Below, piece after piece: positions 8,945 to 15,636 of a DNA stretch of 32,000 nt (the first letter of the stretch is position 1; every line of letters starts with the position of its first letter). The notes under the pieces were generated by a model. It had not been told where the DNA came from. It was given only the letters and a program-made list of their open reading frames with translations, and did not search any database. The DNA comes from Aeropyrum pernix K1 (lineage in GTDB: Archaea > Thermoproteota > Thermoprotei_A > Sulfolobales > Acidilobaceae), in contig NC_000854.2 in NCBI RefSeq assembly GCF_000011125.1, positions 510,001 to 542,000 of the forward strand, in the 5' to 3' direction. Made by a program: the position numbers and the translations under genes.

Positions 8945-9397
8945 ATGCCGAAGGAACTGTGGCCTCTGACGGGCAGCCGCCTGGAGGGTTCGAGTATGGC
9001 AGATCGGAGAAGGCAGCGCCGCACTAGCAAGGCTGGTGTAGGGGGAAGGCGTGTTGAATATAAAAGGGTGCCTCTCGGCTTTATAAAGGCTATCGTCAAG
9101 ACGGGCCACGTGGTTGTCGAACCCAGCGAGAAGGTACGGAGAAACCCGCCCCGCGGCAGGTTTCAGGTCCTCCTCGCCGGCGACGGGGAGGTCGGCTATG
9201 TATCAGACGTCATAGGCCCCATAAACTCCCCATTCATAGTTGTCAGGGTTAGAGAAAGGGGTGTTATTGAGAAACTTAGCCCGGGAGCGGAGCTTATCAT
9301 GCTTGTACCCCCCAAGAAACCCCCCAGGAAGGGAGCCCCTCGCAGGGGGTCTTCCAGGGGGCGTAGGGGTTTCAAGAAGGGGAAAGCGAGAGGATAG
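8945..9397 (+). CDS. gar1: H/ACA ribonucleoprotein complex subunit Gar1, with Arg/Gly/Lys-rich N- and C-terminal tails
   Basis: The core beta-barrel signature is LGFIKAIVKTGHVVV ... GYVSDVIGPINSPFIVVRV. The flanking basic tails are RRRQRRTSKAGVGGRR and PRKGAPRRGSSRGRRGFKKGKARG. An alternative start is ATG 8996. Confidence 0.85.
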   Translation: MPKELWPLTGSRLEGSSMADRRRQRRTSKAGVGGRRVEYKRVPLGFIKAIVKTGHVVVEPSEKVRRNPPRGRFQVLLAGDGEVGYVSDVIGPINSPFIVVRVRERGVIEKLSPGAELIMLVPPKKPPRKGAPRRGSSRGRRGFKKGKARG

Positions 9398-9414
9398 TGG
9401 GAGAGTCAAGACGC

Positions 9415-9423
9415 CTATATAAA
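9415..9423 (+). promoter_or_regulatory. TATA-like box upstream of the TFB paralogue
   Basis: CTATATAAA. The predicted TSS is near 9445, leaving a 45-60 nt leader to the GTG 9490 or ATG 9505 start. Confidence 0.4.
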
Positions 9424-9489
9424 CGGGCTAGGAAGCCAGGCTAAGGCCCTCCAGGCGGCGCCTCTGGCACACTTGATCAACCTCTGCCT

Positions 9490-10416
9490 GTGGAGGTGGC
9501 TGGTATGCATAGCTCGTGCGAGAACGTCATAGTCACGCCTGAGGGCGAGTGGGTCTGCCTTGATACGGGGGAGGTTTTGAGGGAGAGCAGTTTCGCGGAG
9601 TACATAGCAGTGTCCAGGCACTCTTCAACCCCTGAGACGGCGACTCCAGTCTCGTTCAAGACGCATGATATGAACATTGGAGCTAGGATGAGCGATTTCA
9701 GCTCTGCCAGAAACCCCTTGAGGAGGAGCTTGAGGACCTCGAAATACGCGACGAGCAGCATATCAAGGTCGGAGGTTCCGACTATAACTGCTTTGCAGAA
9801 GCTAAAGGAGATGGTGGAGATACTTAAGATTCCTACTAGTGTTCATGAGACGGCCGCCCTAATTCTGAGGAGCTATCTAGACTCTGTTTCCAGGAGGCCG
9901 GGTAGGGTGGAGCAGTATGTGGCAGCCTCTATAGCTAAGGCTGTTGAGATACACGGCATACCTATTAGCAGTGGTGAGATAGCTAAGGCTGCCGGCGTCG
10001 AGGTAGAGAGTGTTCAGAAGGCTATACTACAGATGTCCCAGACTGACGTCGTCAAGAGTCTTGTCAGGAAGTCGATTGCAAAGGCCCGCTTCCGGGGTTA
10101 CTCAACAAAGATGAGGAGGATAGAAGAGTTTATAAACAGGCTAGTTACGAACCTAGGCTTAGACCCTGAGGTTAAGAGGATAGCGCTGGAGTTTGTAAAG
10201 GTCTCTCTCAAGGCGGGTAGCGGAGCGTCTATCAAAACCTTCCACGGTAAAAAGTCGGCGGCGCTGGCGGCGGCTGCAGTATACTTGGCCGCCAGACTGC
10301 TTAACTATGATGTAAGCCAGAAGAAGATCGCGAGTATTCTGGAGCTTAAAGAATCCAATATAAGGAAGCACTATAGATTTTTAATAGATAATGTCGCTAT
10401 AATAGTCTATGTATAA
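9490..10416 (+). CDS. tfb: transcription initiation factor IIB (TFB) family protein, degenerate N-terminal zinc ribbon
   Basis: Two cyclin-fold repeats are present: ...SVHETAALILRSY...QYVAASIAKAVEIHGIPIS... and ...GKKSAALAAAAVYLAARLL...SNIRKHYRFL. A B-linker-like THDMNIGARM is also present. The N-terminal ribbon region has only 2 Cys (SSCENV...WVCLDTGEV) instead of CxxC...CxxC. Confidence 0.85.
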   Translation: MEVAGMHSSCENVIVTPEGEWVCLDTGEVLRESSFAEYIAVSRHSSTPETATPVSFKTHDMNIGARMSDFSSARNPLRRSLRTSKYATSSISRSEVPTITALQKLKEMVEILKIPTSVHETAALILRSYLDSVSRRPGRVEQYVAASIAKAVEIHGIPISSGEIAKAAGVEVESVQKAILQMSQTDVVKSLVRKSIAKARFRGYSTKMRRIEEFINRLVTNLGLDPEVKRIALEFVKVSLKAGSGASIKTFHGKKSAALAAAAVYLAARLLNYDVSQKKIASILELKESNIRKHYRFLIDNVAIIVYV

Positions 10417-10420
10417 TGTG

Positions 10421-10425
10421 TTTTT
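10421..10425 (+). terminator. T5 terminator candidate after the TFB gene
   Basis: TGTGTTTTTAACC lies immediately after the TAA stop at 10414-10416. Confidence 0.35.
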
Positions 10426-10507
10426 AACCAGGGTTGTAATGGGAGGCTCGAGTTTTCCTCCCGCTCCCACTTTACAGCCCAGCCTGTTTTAAGACTCTCG
10501 GCTAAAC

Positions 10508-11128
10508 ATGCTTCGGTCTAGTAGGTGGGCACCTGTGGCTGTTACTGTTGCCGTGGGCACAAGTAACCCCATCAAGTATCGTGCTGTTCTAAGGGCTTTC
10601 TCGAGGTATTATGATGTTAGGGTTGTGATGGTCAGCGTCGACAGTGGTGTTGGGCCTCAGCCCTCGGGAGTAGCAGACGTTGTGGGGGGTGCTCTCGCCA
10701 GGGCTGTGAGAGCTGTTGAGAAGGCTGACTCATATTTTGGCGTAGGAGTCGAGGCTGGCCCTATAGAGTTCCCCGCCTCAGGCGGCTATGTGGAGACTCA
10801 GGTGGCGGCTATCGTGGATAGGGACTGCCGCGCAACAATAGGGATGAGCCCCTCCTTCGAGGTGGATAGAAGGGTGCTTGCTTTAATGCTGGATGGCGTC
10901 GAGATGGAGAAGGCTGTGGGTGTGGAAAGGCATGGAGGCCTAGGCGAGTCTGTGGGTTTTGTGGGCGTGGCAACATCGGGTGCTGTAACGAGGCAGGACC
11001 TCACGGAGCATGCTGTGATAATGGCCCTTATACCCAGGCTAATGGGTTACGGGAGCATAGCTACCGTTGAAGAGATAGCAGCTCAGGCCGGGGCAAGCGT
11101 GGAGTGCAGGAGCACTAGAGCTATATAA
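10508..11128 (+). CDS. non-canonical purine NTP phosphatase (inosine/xanthosine triphosphatase, YjjX/DUF84 family)
   Basis: The N-terminal VAVGTSNPIKYRAVLRAF signature (compare the family's GS/T-T-NP-x-K) and a length of about 200 aa support the call. A GTG at 10535 (MAVTVAVGTSNP) is a plausible alternative start. Confidence 0.7.
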   Translation: MLRSSRWAPVAVTVAVGTSNPIKYRAVLRAFSRYYDVRVVMVSVDSGVGPQPSGVADVVGGALARAVRAVEKADSYFGVGVEAGPIEFPASGGYVETQVAAIVDRDCRATIGMSPSFEVDRRVLALMLDGVEMEKAVGVERHGGLGESVGFVGVATSGAVTRQDLTEHAVIMALIPRLMGYGSIATVEEIAAQAGASVECRSTRAI

Positions 11129-11169
11129 GGCTCCTTTACGAGTCCACCCAATACCAGGGTGAATGGCGG

Positions 11170-11580
11170 GTGGGCATCTACCAGTGGCGTGACAAGAAGA
11201 AGCCCTCCGGGGGCAAAAGGCGCTACTACTATAAAGTAAAGCGAAAGTACGCGGCTGGCAGGCCCCCAACATACACAACACTATCCGCAGCTGAGGAAGA
11301 GGAGAGGAAACCGGTTAGAGCCAGAGGGGGCAGCTATAAGATTAAGGCTAAAAAGGTCGCGTTCGCCGTAGTATCAAACCCAAAGACTGGAGAAGCAAGA
11401 AAAGCCAGGATACTCAGGATAGTAGAGACGCCTGCACACAGGGAATACGCGCGAAGAGGAATAATAGTGAAAGGAGCGGTGATAGACACAACACTAGGAA
11501 GAGCTGTAGTAACCTCAAGACCGGGACAGGAAGGTGTAGTCAACGCGGTGCTACTGGAGGAGCAGGGACAAAAACAGTAG
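11170..11580 (+). CDS. rps8e: 30S ribosomal protein S8e
   Basis: GTG start. The N-terminus is GIYQWRDKKKPSGGKRRYYYKVKRKY, and the product is highly basic and 136 aa, typical of archaeal S8e. Confidence 0.9.
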   Translation: MGIYQWRDKKKPSGGKRRYYYKVKRKYAAGRPPTYTTLSAAEEEERKPVRARGGSYKIKAKKVAFAVVSNPKTGEARKARILRIVETPAHREYARRGIIVKGAVIDTTLGRAVVTSRPGQEGVVNAVLLEEQGQKQ

Positions 11581-11973
11581 CGGTAGCAAAAGGGGGAAAG
11601 GGAGCTAGCACTTATGGAGATAGACAAATCGATGCCAAGCCTGCTACTCGGCTATATAGAATATGCTCAAAACTTTCTATATCACTTAGACACCCTATTC
11701 CTAATATCTAGCAATAGCGAATGGCGTTAGTCTAGAAGGTACTTTGAATACCTAGATTAGGAGCTAAACTGCGGTCATTTAACATTCCCGCACATAGTAG
11801 CCTGTACCCACGGTGGACGGAGGTAGACTAGGCTTTATAGTTTTCAAGTAGCCTAGACTATGAGACTATATAAAACATGCGTGTTGAACCGTAGCTTCTC
11901 TGGTTTGAGTGCAAACATTTTCGGCTGTCTAGAACTCTCATGTTTTGCAGAAATAGCTGTGCTCTGTTACTCG

Positions 11974-12867
11974 TTAGTCGTAGAAGCCGTATATTAGTTT
12001 CAGCTCCTCCAGGGTCAGGGGCTCGCCCTTTTCCATCTTCTTCTTAATTTCTTCTCTCCTCTTCTCTACCTCGCTAAGCTCCATGCCCCTCGCCATTGCT
12101 ATCCTTATGTCCTTTAGCCTAGTCATCACTTCCCTGTACTTAGCATAGAGGTTGTCTATCTCTTTAGACAATTCATCTATTCTGGTGCTCCTCTTCTCTA
12201 TCTCCTCGCTAAGCTTCTTTATCCTCTCGTTATACTCTTCTATCTTGCTGCTCAGCGTTGCCAGCTCCTCCTTTACCGAGCCGGCCTGCTGCCTCAGCTC
12301 ATCTATCCTCTGGTTAAGGTCTTTAAGCTTGATAACCAGTGCCTTTACTTCGGCCTGAAGCTCCATAGTAGAGAGGGCCTGTTCTTTAGCCTTTCTAACT
12401 CTCTCTATAAGCTCCTCCAGCCTTGATATCTCCTCTACTAGCCTCTTCTCCTCTTCAGGTCTTAGGACCCTCGTCATCTGCATCATTTCAAGCTCCTGAA
12501 GCCTCCTCTGCAGCCTCTTGAGGCTTATCTTGGCCAGCCTACCGCCCTCCTTCTCGAGAAGACCTCGGAGCACTCTCAGCTGGTCCCTCTTTATAACGAG
12601 CTCATCTCTAGTCTTCTTCCTCTCCTCCTTAAGCTGTGCAAGCTCGTCTAGTATCTTTTTCCTCTCTTCCCTGAGGCTGCGGAGCTTCTCGACATACTCC
12701 CTCTTCTCCCTAGATGCTTTCCGCCTTTCCTCCCTTAGCGCTTTCACCTCGTTGATAAGCTTCCGCCTCTCCTCTTTCAGCCTTACAATCTCCTCCTTCA
12801 GCTCTTCAATAGTCTTGAGTAGCTCTTCCTCCTCTTTCTTAAACTCGGCTATACTTCTACCTTGCAC
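11974..12867 (-). CDS. archaeal coiled-coil protein (COG1340-like)
   Basis: 297 aa, almost entirely E/K/R/L heptad-like coiled coil (EELKEEIVRLKEERRKLINEVKALREERRK...). No enzymatic motif is present. Confidence 0.75.
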   Translation of the reverse strand: MQGRSIAEFKKEEEELLKTIEELKEEIVRLKEERRKLINEVKALREERRKASREKREYVEKLRSLREERKKILDELAQLKEERKKTRDELVIKRDQLRVLRGLLEKEGGRLAKISLKRLQRRLQELEMMQMTRVLRPEEEKRLVEEISRLEELIERVRKAKEQALSTMELQAEVKALVIKLKDLNQRIDELRQQAGSVKEELATLSSKIEEYNERIKKLSEEIEKRSTRIDELSKEIDNLYAKYREVMTRLKDIRIAMARGMELSEVEKRREEIKKKMEKGEPLTLEELKLIYGFYD

Positions 12868-12982
12868 TAATGCATCACCTGGCCTTGATATCCAACCCTG
12901 GAACCTATGGGCCAGGCTTAGGCCCGGTGTTCACTAACCTGGGCTCCAATGGTTAAAAGCTTAATTTTAAGTAGATGAAGTT

Positions 12983-13795
12983 TCACTGGCCTGTGATATC
13001 ATATATTTTGTAGTCGTCGCCGCCAGCTAGTATCTGCTGAGCTTTGGCGGCGAGGAGCGTCACCGTCTCTGGCTCGAGAACCGAGGCCTGTAGGACTTCG
13101 CCTATAAATCCTGTTGTCTCTATAGCTCTGGCTAGCTCCTCTGCCAGGGCTTTGCCAGCCCCTTCATAAGTCTTATCCTTTTCCAGCAGGAACTCTAGGA
13201 AGCCGGGCTCTCCGAGCCTGGGTATAACCTCCTCTCTAACCTCGGGCAATAGCATGTCAGCCTTCGAAACAGCGTTAACCTGGGGCAGACCCAGCCTTAC
13301 AGCCACACTGCTGGCGAGTAGAAGGGCTGAGACTAGGCTTATAGCGTTGTCGATGAATATCGAGTCTATGAGGAATATATTTACACCGTTGTAATCACCC
13401 ATAATGCCTCTGAGGACCAGAGGACCTCCGACTCTATACGCAAAGAGCTCCAGCTGACCAGGCGTATCGACTACCACATAATCTGGGGAGTAATAATCTA
13501 TCTCCTCCCTAATATCCAGAACATGGTTTATCAGCGAGTCAACAGCCGCCACAAGAGCCCCATTAGGCCCGAGACCCTTATCCATGAGCTCCGCGACAGA
13601 GACGTAATCCCGAGCGTCTACGGAAGGATCGTAGGGAAGCTTCTCTGCAGCGGGGTCAAGGTTAAGAGTAGCTACATTAGCGCCGAGAGACGTTATCCTA
13701 TCAGCCAAGGCACCGACTAGACTGCTCTTACCAGCGCCAGCAGTGCCAGTAACTATTATATATCCTATCAAACCTTCCTCTCCATCTAAAAACAT
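12983..13795 (-). CDS. GPN-loop GTPase
   Basis: The P-loop is GTAGAGKSS, the GPN motif is GLGPNGALV, switch II is DTPGQLELF, and an NKxD-like SKAD is present. The product is 270 aa. Confidence 0.85.
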   Translation of the reverse strand: MFLDGEEGLIGYIIVTGTAGAGKSSLVGALADRITSLGANVATLNLDPAAEKLPYDPSVDARDYVSVAELMDKGLGPNGALVAAVDSLINHVLDIREEIDYYSPDYVVVDTPGQLELFAYRVGGPLVLRGIMGDYNGVNIFLIDSIFIDNAISLVSALLLASSVAVRLGLPQVNAVSKADMLLPEVREEVIPRLGEPGFLEFLLEKDKTYEGAGKALAEELARAIETTGFIGEVLQASVLEPETVTLLAAKAQQILAGGDDYKIYDITGQ

Positions 13796-13965
13796 GATCG
13801 TAAAGAGAGGCTATTACCTAAAATAGGGTTCAATACGCTGGCAGCTCTACTTCTCTGTTTTGGAGTTGTAATGGCAGTTGAGGGAGTACAGCGCCCTTTA
13901 AAATAGTTCGGCATGAGCTTTCTACAACGCGTATCTCAATGAAGGAAGCTTTATTAAAGTAGGCC

Positions 13966-14040
13966 GGGAGTGACCCGCCCCGTGCACATTTATCCCCGAG
14001 CCCCGGGGTCTATTCGCACGGGACCGGGGTACACTCATTA
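13966..14040. ncRNA. candidate small structured RNA (family unknown; H/ACA-like geometry on + strand)
   Basis: This is a GC-rich module in a gene-free island. Stem CCCGUGC (13979-13985) pairs with GCACGGG (14016-14022). The internal loop is 8 nt (ACAUUUAU) against 7 nt (UCUAUUC). The apical hairpin is CCCCG-AGCCC-CGGGG (13994-14008). ACA at 14031-14033 lies 15 nt 3' of the internal loop. TATA-like boxes flank the module on both sides (13950-13958 on +, 14061-14070 on -), so the strand is unresolved. No K-turn was recognised. Confidence 0.3.
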
Positions 14041-14196
14041 GAATCTTCTAGCTCAGGCGGGTTTAAATACGTTGATTTCTGACCAGCGGTCATATGCTAT
14101 TTACGTGACTACAGATGCACTAGCTATAGGAGTTAAAGATTTTACCTAAAAATTCCTTCTATACATTAAATCAATATATGGCAGTTACCACGCGAT

Positions 14197-14378
14197 GACC
14201 AAGCGTTCCAGCACCGACTCGAACCCGGGGAGGATGATGTAAACTTCCGCCCCTGGGGAGCGTGGTGGAGATGAAGCGAAGACACGCCTCTCAGGCGTCT
14301 TGCTCATCTGGTAGGCTTTACAGTGGAGGGGCAGAAACGTTTAGTTGTAAGCTTCCTGTACTAGATTCTGTCTTTTTG
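14197..14378. ncRNA. candidate structured RNA transcription unit (family unknown)
   Basis: A near-perfect hairpin of about 41 nt spans 14269-14309 (AGAUGAAGC...GCUCAUCU, loop CUC). It is nested in the outer stem GCCCCU (14249-14254) / AGGGGC (14327-14332), with large internal loops. On the + strand a TATA-like box sits at 14171-14180 and a T5 run at 14373-14377. On the - strand the mirror image holds, with a TATA at 14391-14400 and a T5 at 14148-14152. Confidence 0.3.
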
Positions 14379-14435
14379 ACTCTTGGATGGGTTTATACTA
14401 TCTGTCTGCCCTGGAAAGCTGTTTAATGGCCACAT

Positions 14436-14530
14436 GGCGGTGGGGGCATTGCTCCAAGCCCTGCAGGGCTTGCTTGTAGATGGGAGCCCCGGTGCCGTTG
14501 GGCTCGACCGCCGCTCGTAACCCCACACAT
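14436..14530. ncRNA. candidate structured RNA: three-way junction with SRP-Alu-like sequence signature (family unassigned)
   Basis: GGCGGU (14436-14441) pairs with ACCGCC (14507-14512) and closes two hairpins. Hairpin A is CAAGCCC-UGCA-GGGCUUG (14455-14472). Hairpin B is GAGCCC-10 nt-GGGCUC (14484-14505). They are separated by a UGUAG element (14475-14479) and followed by GUAACCCCAC (14517-14526). The strand and the ends are not determined. Confidence 0.3.
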
Positions 14531-14823
14531 GCTATACATTGCACCCAAGCCCCTGTGGTCGAGAAGGGAACCAATGAAAACTATTTAAAGATATAAAGCG
14601 ATACTGTGGGAGGAAGTGGGATGAAGAGCCAACACCTAGAGTGAAGGGCCCTCTGGATGGGGGTGCCGATGTACGGTTCCCTGCGGCTGGACCTTCTTCT
14701 AATTTGTTTCACGGCTAAGGTGGCTTGGATCTCTTGTTTGGCCGCTGTATGGCTTCTATGCTTCCTCTCTATACAGATTGTCTTGTTGAGAAAACTCGGT
14801 GCTAATACGAATGCTGTTTTAAA

Positions 14824-14833
14824 CTATAAAATA
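14824..14833 (+). promoter_or_regulatory. TATA-like box for the oxidase operon
   Basis: CTATAAAATA. The predicted TSS is near 14855. The leader of about 70 nt carries a GGAGG-type Shine-Dalgarno sequence (GGGGGAGGAT, 14906-14915) before the aoxA start. Confidence 0.4.
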
Positions 14834-14922
14834 CTGTCTTCGAGACTTGAGCCTTACAGTAGGGTATGAACCAAGTATTAAGGATGTAGGAGGAGTTTTG
14901 GAATCGGGGGAGGATCCGGGAG

Positions 14923-15633
14923 TTGTCTATGGACGTTATCCCTACAGAGGCGATTTGGTGGAGACTGTTCCTCCTGTTCACAGCGGTGGGTGTATTAGCT
15001 GCAGGCACTGTCACAGCGTTCTTCATCTACAGCCTATTCAAGTATAGAAGCAGCGGTCAGGCGTTGGGAGAGGATCAGGGTACTGCGGGGAGGATTTACA
15101 GGATCATGGTTGAAAGCCCCGTTTCCGGAAAGTCAAAGTATCTTCTCTTTGTAACTGGGATAATAGTTATGGGACTAATTGTAGCCACGATAGATGAAAC
15201 ACTTTATCTCGAGAAAAGCCCTCCCGTAGAAGACGCTCTTGTAGTTATGGTAATTGGGTTCCAGTTTGGATGGCAATTCGAGTATTCAGTGGGAGGCGAG
15301 ACTGTCACCACTCTAAACTACCTGGTAGTCCCCTCAGACACCCTCATAGAGTTTAGGGTGACGAGTCGAGACGTGTTCCATGCGTTTGGCATACCAGAGT
15401 TTAAAAATAAGATTGACGCCATACCGGGTATTCTGAACAGCATGTGGATAAAAACCCCTGACGAGCCGGGGAAGGTGTATAACGCCTACTGTTACGAGTT
15501 GTGTGGCATAGGCCACAGCCTCATGGTTGGGAAGGTTATAGTAGTCGATAAGGAGGAGTTCTATAATGCTTATAATTCGGGTCCAGACGTGTTTAGCGAG
15601 TATGTGAATAATGTAATATCGAAATATAAGTGA
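14923..15633 (+). CDS. aoxA: haem-copper oxidase subunit II (CuA-containing)
   Basis: Two N-terminal TM helices are present. The CuA ligand pattern is FHAFGIPEF ... CYELCGIGHSLM (H...C-x-E-x-C-x3-H-x2-M). The ORF opens at TTG 14923, and ATG 14929 (MDVIPTEAIWW) is an equally plausible start. Confidence 0.9.
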   Translation: MSMDVIPTEAIWWRLFLLFTAVGVLAAGTVTAFFIYSLFKYRSSGQALGEDQGTAGRIYRIMVESPVSGKSKYLLFVTGIIVMGLIVATIDETLYLEKSPPVEDALVVMVIGFQFGWQFEYSVGGETVTTLNYLVVPSDTLIEFRVTSRDVFHAFGIPEFKNKIDAIPGILNSMWIKTPDEPGKVYNAYCYELCGIGHSLMVGKVIVVDKEEFYNAYNSGPDVFSEYVNNVISKYK

Positions 15634-15636
15634 GGG

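Noticed and set aside
12152-12937. Two plus-strand ORFs (68 and 139 aa), Ser/Leu/Phe-rich, opposite the coiled-coil gene.
   Set aside because: They are mirror images of the E/K/R/L-rich repeats on the minus strand (GAG/AAG/AGG read antisense as CTC/CTT/CCT). They are low-complexity and have no start-site context.
14211-14235. A tRNA T-arm-like string on the minus strand (CCCCGGGTTCGAGTCGGTG).
   Set aside because: The flanks of the TTCGAGT loop do not pair (CCGGG against CGGTG). No acceptor, D or anticodon arm could be built on either side, even allowing for introns. It is probably a chance match or part of the larger hairpin structure.
14240-14580. An RNase P RNA.
   Set aside because: I looked for CR-I (GAGGAAAGUCC) and for CR-V/P4 (ACAGAA...GGCUUA). 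I found only weak partial matches: GGAAAGCUG at 14413-14421 and GGCUUUACAG at 14314-14323, in the wrong order and spacing.
14436-14750. A full-length SRP (7S) RNA gene starting at GGCGGUGGGGG.
   Set aside because: I could not find a helix-5 partner strand of adequate length. The helix-8-like element lacks the invariant AGCA. A TATA-like AT-rich stretch (14581-14598) interrupts what should be GC-rich helix in a hyperthermophile. It is kept only as an Alu-like module in the findings.
14657-14869. A 70-aa hydrophobic ORF in the gene-free island upstream of aoxA.
   Set aside because: Its 3' third is AT-rich and contains the best TATA-like box for the oxidase operon (14824-14833). It uses many codons that are rare elsewhere in the window (AGA, AAA, TTA, ATT, TTG), and there is no Shine-Dalgarno sequence before the ATG. 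I cannot exclude a small membrane protein, but the sequence does not support calling it.
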